32,000 bases of DNA from Cylindrospermopsis raciborskii Cr2010 (GCF_003367075.2 NZ_CP065936.1:1590001-1622000), one strand, 5' to 3'; counted from the first letter of the stretch, positions 8,030 to 18,490 are shown. Notes: generated from the sequence alone by a model not told the origin. Program-made: numbers and translations.

Positions 8030-10234
8030 GTGACCACAACTATTCTCAATGATAAATCGATGGTTAATACCCAGACAAAAAAAAGATTTGATATAGGAAA
8101 AATATCAAAAATTCTCTCATATCGGCGCTTTTTGATCATGGGTATTTCCTGTGGAGTAATTTCAGTTACAAGTCTGATTGCTGTTATCACGAAACCCATG
8201 TATCAAAGCTCCATGCAGGTCATGATTAGTGATGATTTGGAACCAGAGTTAAGATCTAATCAGACTTCTAATAAAACTGACTCTTATGGTCACCAAATGA
8301 GGTTTTTGCTCAGTGGCAAGATTTTACAAAAAGCAGTGGATTTACTACATAAAGATTATCCAGATATTCAACTAAAAGATATTAGAGACAAGGTTGATTT
8401 TGGCACAGATGGGCGGTTAGAAATTAGACTTGCTGATAATATTTCATCAACATCTAAAGTTAATAACCCCATATTTGTTATTTCATTTAAAGATTCCAAT
8501 CCAGTCAAAACACAAAGAGTGCTACAAGCTCTAGAAAAGGCTTATCAAGATTATAATCTGGAAGTAAAAAATCAGCGTCTTAGTCAAGGAATGAATTTCG
8601 TAAATAGTCAATTGCCAAAATTGCAAACTAATGCTTTAGCTGCAGAGAAAAAATTGGCTATTTTTCAAAAAAAACATAGTCTTATTGATCCACAAATACA
8701 AACGAAAGTCTTCTTCCAATCTTTGACTGATATTCAAAAGCAACGAGAAAATTATAGGTCTCAAATTAAAGATTTAGATGCAAGAATCAAAGATATAGAA
8801 AGAAAACTCTTATCTTTCCAAAACCAACAAAGTTTCGCCAGTTTAAATGATGGTAAAAATTATCAAAACTTGGTTGCAGAAATTAGAAAGACAGAAGCTA
8901 ACTTAGCTCAACAACTTTCTCGTTATACTGAAAGCTATCCGGTGGTAATTAGGCTCAAAGAAAAACACAAAATGCAACTGGAGGTTCTGAAAAAAGAACT
9001 ACAACTTTCCCAGGTCAATAACTCAACAAAGGATAAATTAAACCCCGAATATATTGCAGGAATAGAAAAGACATTATCCGAAGACTTATCCCAGTTCAAA
9101 AAACAACAAATTCAGCTGGTTGAGCAGGATAATAAATTGGCTAAATCTGAACTTGAAATTCGCGAGCTTTTGAGTAAATTTCCGGGGATTATTACAGAGT
9201 ATAATCAGCTATTATCAGCAACAAAAATCCAGAGACAGAATCTCGGACAAATGCTACAATTTCAACAGTCTTTGGGAATGAAAATTGCTCAAAGCAGTTT
9301 TCAGTTGGAAGTTTTAGAGACACCAAATATAGGAATTTATATTGGTAACAGAAAATGGCTATTGATTCTGGGAGGAATAGTAACCGGACCAATTTTGGGT
9401 ATTATTGTAGTGTTGGTACGGGAAATGTTCAACCGGGCAATTATTTCACCCCTAGACTTACAAAACATTGCCAACATTCCTTTACTTGGTTCTCTCCCTC
9501 AATTAGGCACATCTATTTTTAAAAATAGTTGGAAAAGCAGAATCAAAACTAGATTAAAAGAAATAATTCAACGAAAACAAGAAACAGCAGCAATTGCAGA
9601 AAATACAAGGGATGTAATTAGCTTATCCGGTAATCGGAACCTGGATATGATTTATCATAATCTGCAAGTCAGCCATAATTCCCTGCCATTTAAATCTTTA
9701 ATGTTGACTTCTGCATTACCAGGAGAGGGTAAAACAACTTTGGCTATAGGCTTAGGTGCTAGTGCGGCAAATATGCACCAAAGAGTATTAGTTATTGATG
9801 GAAATTTACGCTCTCCCCAATTGCACAAAGTTCTGTCAATTCATAATGATTGGGGTTTATCTCTGTTATTGCTGGACGATATCAAGACACAATTTGCCAA
9901 TTATGTTCAACCCATTCATCCCCTGATTGATGTTCTCACCGCAGGACCACAACCAGATAATGTAGTTAGTTTATTGACATCGGGAAAATTCCAGGAGTTA
10001 CTGGAAGTATTGGATGGTATTTATGACCTGGTAATTATTGATGCTTGTTCCCTATTGGATGGTGTGGAAGCTAGAATTATGGCATCGGTTTCTAATAGTA
10101 TTGTCATGGTGGGAAAAATTGGACAATTAACTCCAGATCAACTCATACAAGCTAGGGAAATATTGAGCGATTTCAATTTAATTGGTATTGTCTCTAATCA
10201 ATTCCACCATTCTGATACCAACTTTAATTTTTAA
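8030..10234 (+). CDS. Wzc/GumC-like polysaccharide chain-length/BY-kinase domain protein
   Basis: N-terminal Wzz region with TM (YRRFLIMGISCGVISVTSLIAVIT), long coiled coil, second TM, then cytoplasmic P-loop domain LTSALPGEGKTTLAIGLGAS. GTG start. Confidence 0.88.
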   Translation: MTTTILNDKSMVNTQTKKRFDIGKISKILSYRRFLIMGISCGVISVTSLIAVITKPMYQSSMQVMISDDLEPELRSNQTSNKTDSYGHQMRFLLSGKILQKAVDLLHKDYPDIQLKDIRDKVDFGTDGRLEIRLADNISSTSKVNNPIFVISFKDSNPVKTQRVLQALEKAYQDYNLEVKNQRLSQGMNFVNSQLPKLQTNALAAEKKLAIFQKKHSLIDPQIQTKVFFQSLTDIQKQRENYRSQIKDLDARIKDIERKLLSFQNQQSFASLNDGKNYQNLVAEIRKTEANLAQQLSRYTESYPVVIRLKEKHKMQLEVLKKELQLSQVNNSTKDKLNPEYIAGIEKTLSEDLSQFKKQQIQLVEQDNKLAKSELEIRELLSKFPGIITEYNQLLSATKIQRQNLGQMLQFQQSLGMKIAQSSFQLEVLETPNIGIYIGNRKWLLILGGIVTGPILGIIVVLVREMFNRAIISPLDLQNIANIPLLGSLPQLGTSIFKNSWKSRIKTRLKEIIQRKQETAAIAENTRDVISLSGNRNLDMIYHNLQVSHNSLPFKSLMLTSALPGEGKTTLAIGLGASAANMHQRVLVIDGNLRSPQLHKVLSIHNDWGLSLLLLDDIKTQFANYVQPIHPLIDVLTAGPQPDNVVSLLTSGKFQELLEVLDGIYDLVIIDACSLLDGVEARIMASVSNSIVMVGKIGQLTPDQLIQAREILSDFNLIGIVSNQFHHSDTNFNF

Positions 10235-10334
10235 CCCTGTTGAACCTGGGAAATAACCAGCAGAAAATTGCCTAGCACAGAAATTTCGTGTAAACTGGTA
10301 AAAGCTTTTAACTTCAATTATTAGTATTATTAGC

Positions 10335-11492
10335 ATGAAAAACCAATTACACTTGAATACTTTACTAAACTCTTTATCTCCTTACCGTTGGAGCAAAAAT
10401 TGGTGGATAGCTATTATTTTATGGTTCGCTTTCACCGCTCCCGCTCAAGCATCCGTTATTTTGCGTATAGCTATCGAAAAGGAAGTTGAGCAAATTAAGG
10501 TTGGTGCATCCACTACAGCTGTGGTTAAGGATGGTTCTGGACGCAATTTAGGAGAACTAACAGGTAGTAATTCCTATGCAGCACAGGCAATTCCAGGAGG
10601 AGTAGCTTTAGACAGATGGCAGTCTGGTTTATTTTGGATTGAACCTACTGCTAAAGGATATGTCTACATAGGCGATCGCTGGTTTCGTGGTAGAACTCTT
10701 ATTGTACCCACGGGAAAAGGTATAACTGCTATCAACTGGGTAGATCTAGAAGAGTATCTCTACAGTGTGGTTGGTGGAGAAATGAGCTCTAGTTGGCATG
10801 AAGAAGCTCTCAAAGCCCAGGCGATCGCAGCTCGTACCTATGCTTTGTACAAGAGAAAGGAACAACGGAACAATCCTCTCTATGACCTAGGGGATAGTCC
10901 TGATAGTTGGCAAGTTTATCACGGTGTAAGTAGTGAATCTCGTAGAACCTATAGTGCGGTTGATAAAACTGCAGGTCAGGTTCTCACCTATGAGAACCAA
11001 ATTATTCTTTCAGCATTTCACGCTTGTTCTGGTGGACATACGGAAAATGTGGAGGATGTATGGGGGAACCCTCTTCCTTACTTGCGAGCAGTTCAAGATT
11101 TTGACCAAAACATCAGGGAATGTAACTGGAACACCACTTTCAGTTCGGAAGAAATTAGTGCCCGTGTTCCCGGTGTGGGTAATGTGAAGGAAATAATGAT
11201 TGAGTCTTTATCTCCTTTTCGGAGTGTTAAAACCTTAAGAATTGTTGGTGATCAAGGAAGCAAGGTTCTCAAAGGTGAAGAAGTTCGTACCATCCTCAAG
11301 CTTAGAAGCACCCGTTTCACGGTGAATAAAGATGTAAATGGTAACTTTGTTCTACAAGGATTAGGTTTTGGCCATGGTTTAGGAATGAGTCAATGGGGAG
11401 CTTATATTCTAGCCAAAAATGGATTCAACCACTTACAAATCCTAGGATACTACTACAAGGGTGTAGCTTTAACTCCGATTAAGGCCAAGTAG
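10335..11492 (+). CDS. SpoIID/LytB-domain protein
   Basis: Motifs YLYSVVGGEMSSSWHEEALKAQAIAARTYAL and GLGFGHGLGMSQWGAYILA; N-terminal signal/TM. Confidence 0.88.
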   Translation: MKNQLHLNTLLNSLSPYRWSKNWWIAIILWFAFTAPAQASVILRIAIEKEVEQIKVGASTTAVVKDGSGRNLGELTGSNSYAAQAIPGGVALDRWQSGLFWIEPTAKGYVYIGDRWFRGRTLIVPTGKGITAINWVDLEEYLYSVVGGEMSSSWHEEALKAQAIAARTYALYKRKEQRNNPLYDLGDSPDSWQVYHGVSSESRRTYSAVDKTAGQVLTYENQIILSAFHACSGGHTENVEDVWGNPLPYLRAVQDFDQNIRECNWNTTFSSEEISARVPGVGNVKEIMIESLSPFRSVKTLRIVGDQGSKVLKGEEVRTILKLRSTRFTVNKDVNGNFVLQGLGFGHGLGMSQWGAYILAKNGFNHLQILGYYYKGVALTPIKAK

Positions 11493-13401
11493 AGTTCACA
11501 ATTCTCCTATATCTCCCCAAAGCTAGTAAGGGAAAATACTGTTGATAGAGATGATATTTGAGATAAAAATGACCGGGGAAACCAGTTCCGGTAAAGTATG
11601 ACTCATCCCAAGTACCGTCTAATCTTTGGGTTGTTAATAAGTAATTAACAGCTTTTTCCATAGTGGCCAAATCAAACTTTTGCTTTGCTTCACCAGCAGC
11701 AATTAGTCCCATTAATCCCCATGCGGTTTGAGATGGTGTGCTATCACCTTTTCCCTTAAAGTTGGGGTCACCATAACTCAAACAGGTTTCACCCCAACCA
11801 CCGTCAGGGTTTTGTACTTGTTTCAACCAGTTGGCACCTTTTTCTATATTACTAAGATATTTCTGGGGATTAATCAAGGCCAAAGCTGATAGTACACCAC
11901 TAGTTCCATAGATATAATTAACTCCCCAACGTCCAAACCAACAACCTTCTGTTTCTTGCTCCCCCAGCAGATAATTCATAGCTTGATCTAGCTTCTGGGA
12001 TGGGATGGATAGTTTACAAACACCCAACATTTCAATTACCCTAGCGGTAACATCCGCAGTATTAGGGTCAATCATAGCTTTCAAATCACCGTATGGGATA
12101 TAATTTAGCCATTCTTGGTCATTATCAATATCAAAAGCGGCCCAACCCCCGGATTTGCATTGCATGGATATAATCCAATTCACAGCTCGTTTAATAGCTT
12201 GTTTTTTTAGATTTTCATTGGGTAATTTGGCTTGATGTAAGGCCATCACTACCACAGCAGAATCATCCACATCAGGATAAAAGCGATTGTGGAATTCAAA
12301 TGCCCAAGCACCAGGTTGGCCTTGTTTATTTTTGACAGCCCAGTCTCCATAATCTATTATTTGCTTATCTATTAACCATTCCCCAGCTTTAACAATTACT
12401 GGGTCATCCGGAGCCATACCCGAATCAATTAGGGCCCGAATTGCCCAGGCTGTGTCCCATACGGGAGAGACACAAGGCTGCACGCAGTAGCTGTTATCTG
12501 TTTCGATGACAAAATTATCAACCGCCTTTAAACCTCTATAAATAATTGGGTCGTCTGCTTTATAGTTTAGACATTTTAAAGCTAATAGGGAATTTAACAT
12601 GGCAGGAATAATTCCTCCCCAGTCCCCCGTAGACTCTTGACGCTCTAAAATCCATTTCTCTGCTGCTTTTATCCCCTGGTCTCGCAATGGGACTAAATTT
12701 AAACTTTCTGCCAATTTGAACCCATCATCTAATAGGGTGAAGATGTCTGACCAATCATTGTTTTTTGGCAGTTCCCACTGCGCATTATCTATTCCTTCAG
12801 CATATAGCTCATCTAAACTAATGGGAGAATCTATATCAAAGACTGGTTTTTGATTAAAGACTATTAATAATGGTACTGTGCTAGAACGGGCCCAACTGGA
12901 AAGCTCATAAATATTGAAGGGGAAATAATCTGGTAATAGCATGACCCAGGGCGGTAATGAAGGTAACCCTCGCCAGTTATAACAACCGATTAATGCTAGA
13001 TGTAATTTGGTGAAAATGCGGGTTTTACTAATGCCACCTTTTTTTAAAATCCAGGATTTAGCTTTTACCAGTGCTGTATCCGTTGCAGGTACTCCCAATA
13101 ATCTTAAGCCCATATAAGCTTCCACGCTGGTACTAAGATCTCCCCCATCTCCATAGTATAGTTCCCAACCACCATGTTCTCTTTGTTGGCATCGCAAATA
13201 ATTTTCAATTTTATATAAAGCCCTATTTTCACAGGTTCCCCAAATTTTATGTAACAGTAAAACTTCTACAGTAATAGTCACATTTGACTCTAGTTCACCC
13301 CACCAATAGCCCTCTGGTCTCTGGATTGACAATAGATGCTCTTGACTAGCTGCGATCGCCTGGGTAATTTCCTTAATATTTGTCCTAGGTTGTGTTTGCA
13401 T
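11479..13401 (-). CDS. shc: Squalene-hopene cyclase
   Basis: 640 aa; catalytic DVDD in YPDVDDSAVVVMAL, multiple QxxxGxW repeats (QRPEGYWWGE, QCKSGGWAAFD, QNPDGGWGETC, QRLDGTWDE). Confidence 0.95.
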   Translation of the reverse strand: MQTQPRTNIKEITQAIAASQEHLLSIQRPEGYWWGELESNVTITVEVLLLHKIWGTCENRALYKIENYLRCQQREHGGWELYYGDGGDLSTSVEAYMGLRLLGVPATDTALVKAKSWILKKGGISKTRIFTKLHLALIGCYNWRGLPSLPPWVMLLPDYFPFNIYELSSWARSSTVPLLIVFNQKPVFDIDSPISLDELYAEGIDNAQWELPKNNDWSDIFTLLDDGFKLAESLNLVPLRDQGIKAAEKWILERQESTGDWGGIIPAMLNSLLALKCLNYKADDPIIYRGLKAVDNFVIETDNSYCVQPCVSPVWDTAWAIRALIDSGMAPDDPVIVKAGEWLIDKQIIDYGDWAVKNKQGQPGAWAFEFHNRFYPDVDDSAVVVMALHQAKLPNENLKKQAIKRAVNWIISMQCKSGGWAAFDIDNDQEWLNYIPYGDLKAMIDPNTADVTARVIEMLGVCKLSIPSQKLDQAMNYLLGEQETEGCWFGRWGVNYIYGTSGVLSALALINPQKYLSNIEKGANWLKQVQNPDGGWGETCLSYGDPNFKGKGDSTPSQTAWGLMGLIAAGEAKQKFDLATMEKAVNYLLTTQRLDGTWDESYFTGTGFPGHFYLKYHLYQQYFPLLALGRYRRIVNSTWP

Positions 13402-13531
13402 AAAACGTTGATTTTAACAGATCCCCCTCCGTGGAGTTTTGCCACCTAGCCTTGGTGATACCTATTATATTATCATATTTATCTATATTCGAGTATATTT
13501 CTGATGAAACTAATACCTTAGAGAAGCGGAG

Positions 13532-14695
13532 ATGGAACAAATTCTATTAGGTTTGATGGTTTTATCCTTAGGGACTTGGTTGTTTTTGCTTTTATTTTGG
13601 GGGCAGTTTTGGCGGGTAGATCAACTATTAAAGCCCATAACCCCTACAACAAATAACTTCACATTTTTACCTAGAATTTGTATAATAATTCCAGCACGTA
13701 ACGAAGCATATTTTATAGCCACAACCATAAAATCACTTTTGTTACAAGACTATCCAGGTGAGGTGAATATATTTCTAGTGGATGACCAAAGTAGGGATGG
13801 TACGGCCGATTTTGCCAAGGAAGCAGCTTATGCAGTTGGTCGGGTTAACCAAGTAGAAGTTGTGACTGGTAGGGATTTACCCACAGGTTGGACTGGCAAA
13901 ATTTGGGCAATGGAACAGGGTGTGCAAAAAGCTCTGGAATTAAACCCAGATTATTTTTTGTTTACCGATGCGGATATAGAACATCATATAAGCAATTTAG
14001 GTCAATTAGTCCACAAAGCAGAAACAAAAGGTTTAGATCTAGTATCTATAATGGTCAAGCTCCGGTGTCAAAGTTTTTGGGAAAAACTATTAATACCTGC
14101 TTTTGTCTTCTTCTTTCAAAAACTCTATCCCTTTGCTTGGGTCAATAATCCCAAAAAATCTATGGCTGCAGCAGCGGGTGGATGCGTTTTAATTCGTAAG
14201 CAAACCCTAGAAAAAATTGGAGGACTAAAAACAATTAGTCACGCTTTAATTGATGATTGTTCTTTAGCCAAAGCTGTGAAATCCCAGGGGGGAAGAATTT
14301 GGTTAGGACTAAGTTCCCTAACTGTCAGTTTACGTCCCTATAATTCCTTAGAAACTATTTGGAACATGGTAGCTCGCAGCGCCTATACTCAGCTAAGTTA
14401 CTCTCCCTTACTATTAATGGGTAGTGTGTTGGGTATGGTGATAGTTTATATCTTACCTGTGGTGGGAATCATTATTGGTTTAGGTATAAATAATGTGCTG
14501 ATTTCTCCCCTGGGTTTAATAACTTGGCTATTAATGAGTTTTGCTTATTTACCCATCATTATCTTTTACCAATGTCCTCTCTGGTTTGCCGGGTTTTTAC
14601 CCCTAATTGCCCTCTTTTATACCTTTATGACCGTAGATTCAGCTTATCGTCATTGGCAAGGTAAAGGTGGTAGCTGGAAAGGTAGAGTTTATTAG
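13532..14695 (+). CDS. hpnB: GT2-type glycosyltransferase, hopene-associated HpnB-like
   Basis: IIIPARNEAYFIATTIKSLLLQDYPG, LVDDQSRDGTAD, FTDADIEH, IDDCSLAKAVK; C-terminal TM helices; divergently placed next to shc. Confidence 0.82.
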   Translation: MEQILLGLMVLSLGTWLFLLLFWGQFWRVDQLLKPITPTTNNFTFLPRICIIIPARNEAYFIATTIKSLLLQDYPGEVNIFLVDDQSRDGTADFAKEAAYAVGRVNQVEVVTGRDLPTGWTGKIWAMEQGVQKALELNPDYFLFTDADIEHHISNLGQLVHKAETKGLDLVSIMVKLRCQSFWEKLLIPAFVFFFQKLYPFAWVNNPKKSMAAAAGGCVLIRKQTLEKIGGLKTISHALIDDCSLAKAVKSQGGRIWLGLSSLTVSLRPYNSLETIWNMVARSAYTQLSYSPLLLMGSVLGMVIVYILPVVGIIIGLGINNVLISPLGLITWLLMSFAYLPIIIFYQCPLWFAGFLPLIALFYTFMTVDSAYRHWQGKGGSWKGRVY

Positions 14696-14825
14696 GTGGG
14701 TTTCCTGGAGAAAGTCTAATATTTAGTAGTAATTGTCGGGATTTGGGCAAAAATCAACGATTATTATGTTATGGGTTTATGGGTGACCGTCGTCTATTAC
14801 TCAATCAGGTTTCATTGAAGTTTTC

Positions 14826-16403
14826 ATGAGAATATTTTTCTGGCGTTCTGCATGCAATATACTAGTCACCCTTTCCCTATTGGGACTGACGGGAGCTTCC
14901 GATCCTATCAGCAGTCAAGATAGGGAACTGAAAATTGGCATTGTACAACGATTTGCTTCGGTTAAGACGGACAAATTAAACCTCAAAGCTACTTCTGGTG
15001 ACGATTTAACGCTAAAATGGCAGACAAATGATGGACAAAAAACTGTGATTTCTACTGCTAACACTGTTGAGCTGATTCCAATTATGGAAACTCTCAGACA
15101 ACCCCAAGTGTGGGAAGTATTGGTGCTGGGAGATTATCGGACTTTTGAAACAGCAGAAGACAGTGCCAAAAAGTGGCGTTCTCAGGGTCTGGAAGTGGAA
15201 ATAGCCCAGCCAGAACGTTGGCAAGTTTGGGCAAAGCGAGATGTTTATAGTACTCCTTTACTTAGACGTTTATTATTGAATAGCATTCATACATCCGGTG
15301 ATAAACTACCTTATTTAAATACGCAGGTTATTAAACAAGTAGCTAGGGTAACCTGGGAAGTTAATGGTCGTCAATACACTAGTAGTTATCTGGAAATTAC
15401 TAGTCGCAAGGGAAAGATATGGGTTAATAATAACCGAAAACCCGGTGGTAAAAAACTTTTTCCTGGTAATTTGTATTTACAACCTAATGCCTATGGTAGC
15501 TACTCTTTGGTAAATCTCGTAGGTGTGGAAACTTATTTACGAGGAGTTATACCCTATGAAATTGGCACAAAAGCACCCGAAGCAGCTCTTGAAGCTCAAG
15601 CAATTATCGCTCGTACTTATGCCCTACGCAATATACATAGATTTGCTGTGGATAACTATCAGCTATGTGCGGATACCCACTGTCAGGTATATGATGGATT
15701 GAATGGCGCAAGTAAAAAAACCGATCAGGCGATCGCCAGCACTAGAGGTAAAGTGTTAACCTATAAGAACGAGCTAGTGGATGCTCTATATTCTTCCACT
15801 ACGGGAGGTGTAACAGCTTATTTTAGTGATGTTTGGAATGGGGAAGATCGTCCTTATTTACGTCCCGTGGTAGATGGGCCTAAAGACATTTGGAACCTGT
15901 CCCAGAAAAGTTTGGCTGATGAAGAGAATTTTCGTCAGTTTATTAGTTTGGAACAAGGATTTAACGAAAGTAAATGGGATGTATTTCGTTGGCGTAGAGA
16001 AACAAGTTTAGAGGATATTACTAAAGATTTACAAAAGTTTCTAAAAGCGAAAAATAGTCAGTATGCCAATTTTAAGAATATTGAAGCGATGTCCATTACT
16101 AAAAGAAGTCCCAGTGGCAGAATTTTAGCATTGGCTGTCAAAACGGATATTGGAATCTTCGATTTACACAAAGATGAGGTTCGTAGTGCTTTTGCAGCTC
16201 CTGTAAGTACACTGTTTTACTTACAACCAATAAATAAGGGAAAGTCTCAGGTATGGGGATATGCTTTTATTGGTGGGGGGTTAGGACATGGAGTAGGTTT
16301 AAGTCAAACAGGGTCTCAAAATTTAGCCCAATTAGGTTGGTCAAGTGACAAAATTCTTACCTTTTATTACCCGGGTACAAAAATTGAAATTTTCCGTAGA
16401 TAA
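14826..16403 (+). CDS. SpoIID/LytB-domain protein with N-terminal SPOR-like region
   Basis: YLRGVIPYEIGTKAPEAALEAQAIIARTYAL and GLGHGVGLSQTGSQNLAQ; N-terminal WEVLVLGDYRTFETAEDSAKKWRSQGLEVEI resembles a SPOR repeat. Confidence 0.88.
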   Translation: MRIFFWRSACNILVTLSLLGLTGASDPISSQDRELKIGIVQRFASVKTDKLNLKATSGDDLTLKWQTNDGQKTVISTANTVELIPIMETLRQPQVWEVLVLGDYRTFETAEDSAKKWRSQGLEVEIAQPERWQVWAKRDVYSTPLLRRLLLNSIHTSGDKLPYLNTQVIKQVARVTWEVNGRQYTSSYLEITSRKGKIWVNNNRKPGGKKLFPGNLYLQPNAYGSYSLVNLVGVETYLRGVIPYEIGTKAPEAALEAQAIIARTYALRNIHRFAVDNYQLCADTHCQVYDGLNGASKKTDQAIASTRGKVLTYKNELVDALYSSTTGGVTAYFSDVWNGEDRPYLRPVVDGPKDIWNLSQKSLADEENFRQFISLEQGFNESKWDVFRWRRETSLEDITKDLQKFLKAKNSQYANFKNIEAMSITKRSPSGRILALAVKTDIGIFDLHKDEVRSAFAAPVSTLFYLQPINKGKSQVWGYAFIGGGLGHGVGLSQTGSQNLAQLGWSSDKILTFYYPGTKIEIFRR

Positions 16404-16486
16404 GGATAGACCAACATAATAATACCGCCATACTCTTATAGTCTCATAATCGTAGGGCGGCATTTGATTGGGATAACGGGTAACTT

Positions 16487-16789
<303 letters not shown>

Positions 16790-17059
16790 TTATTCCTCTT
16801 TTGTGATCGGGAGTGTGAAGTACAGGCCAATAAAACCAATGGATAGGTTGTCTTTTGAGAACAGCCATCGGTTTTTATTTACCTCAATTTCTGATACTAG
16901 GGGAAAAGTTAAATCTTGTAACGAAAAATCTACTACGATTAGTAATGAAGTTCAGTTCCCCGCAAATGATAAGTTTTAGTTATGTAATTGAGTGTGGCAC
17001 AATCTCCTGCTGGAAGGATGAAGGCCAACCATACAACTCTAGACTTGGCAGGTTTTTTT

Positions 17060-17716
17060 ATGTCTTCCACGGATTTTACACCCCAATTGCGGATTTTAAT
17101 GGGCAAAGCTGGCATTTCCAGTTTTAAAGATCTTGGTCGCACCGCTGCTATCTCAGACAGGCAAATATTACGCCTACGGCGTGGATGCGTATCAGGGATG
17201 AAACTCAACGTGTTGCAGAATTTGTCTGCTACCTTAGGGGTTTCCTTGAATCAACTGGTGGAGATTTTTTCCGATCCTCGTCATCAGATGGAGACTAAAC
17301 AGCTAGATTCTGACTTGACACGGCAACAACTAGTTCAAATACAACAAGAATACGAGCGATCGCTAGTTAAGCTAGAACAGCAGCGGGAAGTTTTGGAAAA
17401 AGAGTTTCAGCAAAACACATTACAAATTATAGAGTCTTTATTATTGTTTTTTCCTACTGCTGCACACAAGGTCAGGGCAAACCCCCAACTAGAAGCAATA
17501 AAAATATTACCCTTAGTGGAAAAACCATTAGAAAAACTCTTATCTACCTGGGGAATACAGGCGATCGCATCTGTAGGAGCAGAAGTGCCCTACGATCCCC
17601 AATATCAGGAATTGTTGCAGGGTACTGCTGGAATAGGTGAATCTGTAAAAGTAGTTTATATTGGGTATAGGCAAGGAGATAAACTACTTTATCGAGCTAA
17701 AGTCAGTAGAATGTAA
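17060..17716 (+). CDS. Cyanobacterial HTH + coiled-coil + GrpE-like C-terminal protein
   Basis: Likely start MSSTDF at 17060 (track ORF begins at 16988). N-terminal HTH-like ISSFKDLGRTAAISDRQILRLRRG...LNVLQNLSATLGVSLNQLVEIF, coiled coil, then VPYDPQYQELLQGTAGIGESVKVVYIGYRQGDKLLYRAKVSRM. Confidence 0.7.
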   Translation: MSSTDFTPQLRILMGKAGISSFKDLGRTAAISDRQILRLRRGCVSGMKLNVLQNLSATLGVSLNQLVEIFSDPRHQMETKQLDSDLTRQQLVQIQQEYERSLVKLEQQREVLEKEFQQNTLQIIESLLLFFPTAAHKVRANPQLEAIKILPLVEKPLEKLLSTWGIQAIASVGAEVPYDPQYQELLQGTAGIGESVKVVYIGYRQGDKLLYRAKVSRM

Positions 17717-17761
17717 AAAGTCTTTTGGTGGGAGTTGACATGGTGAGCGTTTATTTTTAGT

Positions 17762-18064
17762 ATGGGATTAGATGGTAAACCTAAACACCGCATCACCCTG
17801 TTATTTATGCCTCCTCGTTGGCCACGTAAACCCGACCGTAAAGACCCAGAATTCCGTAAGCTAGATGATCGGATGAATTTTGCCTTTCATATAGCTGTTG
17901 CTGCGACCATTAATTCTGGTCTGTGGTTTTTCCACTTTCTCAAATCCACATCTTGGGAATGGTTAACCCCACTAACCCTCCTGTGGGTGGGGGTTATCCT
18001 CTTGCACTTGCTCTATATTACATTGATTGCTAATTATGAGGAAGGACAGCAAATAAAGGATTAG
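17762..18064 (+). CDS. Small conserved membrane protein (2TM-domain-like)
   Basis: 100 aa with two hydrophobic helices and a basic N-terminus; co-oriented with flanking genes. Confidence 0.7.
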   Translation: MGLDGKPKHRITLLFMPPRWPRKPDRKDPEFRKLDDRMNFAFHIAVAATINSGLWFFHFLKSTSWEWLTPLTLLWVGVILLHLLYITLIANYEEGQQIKD

Positions 18065-18083
18065 ATCAGGAGAAATTCAAACT

Positions 18084-18392
18084 ATGGCTAAAATTAATAG
18101 TACTGAGTTGTTAGAATCTCTAGCATCAGAAATAGGTGATAATGTTTACATAGATATAGCCAAGTGGCATTTGTATCTAACCGATGCCAAGCTCCATCAT
18201 CTTTTAGCAGAAAGATGCTATTCCTTGCTGATTGAGCACAGTGTCACAGAAGAACGAGTTTTAGGATTGTTGTCAAGTATCAAGATCCAAATTGGTGGTG
18301 GTCGAAAGGAAGTTCCTTTAATTGACCTGTTACCTCTCCAATGTCAAGTTCATTTGGTTGATATATTGGAAAAATATCAACAAGAGTTTTAG
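18084..18392 (+). CDS. DUF3181-like small cyanobacterial protein
   Basis: 102 aa; SLASEIGDNVYIDIAKWHLYLTDAKLHHLLAERCY; 19 bp after the previous ORF. Confidence 0.7.
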   Translation: MAKINSTELLESLASEIGDNVYIDIAKWHLYLTDAKLHHLLAERCYSLLIEHSVTEERVLGLLSSIKIQIGGGRKEVPLIDLLPLQCQVHLVDILEKYQQEF

Positions 18393-18490
18393 AGAACCTC
18401 TAATCAACATTGATGCAATTTACTGGTAGTGATCGTGTTTCAACAACTAAACTAGGATAAACAACAAGTATAACTTTTCTCTAAGGAGAG

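Noticed and set aside
8192-10234. Long coiled-coil region considered as an SMC-like or defence protein
   Set aside because: Flanking TM helices and Wzz/P-loop architecture fit a polysaccharide copolymerase instead.
16939-17208. 89-aa minus-strand ORF
   Set aside because: Antisense to the HTH/GrpE-like gene, low-complexity Arg-rich composition.
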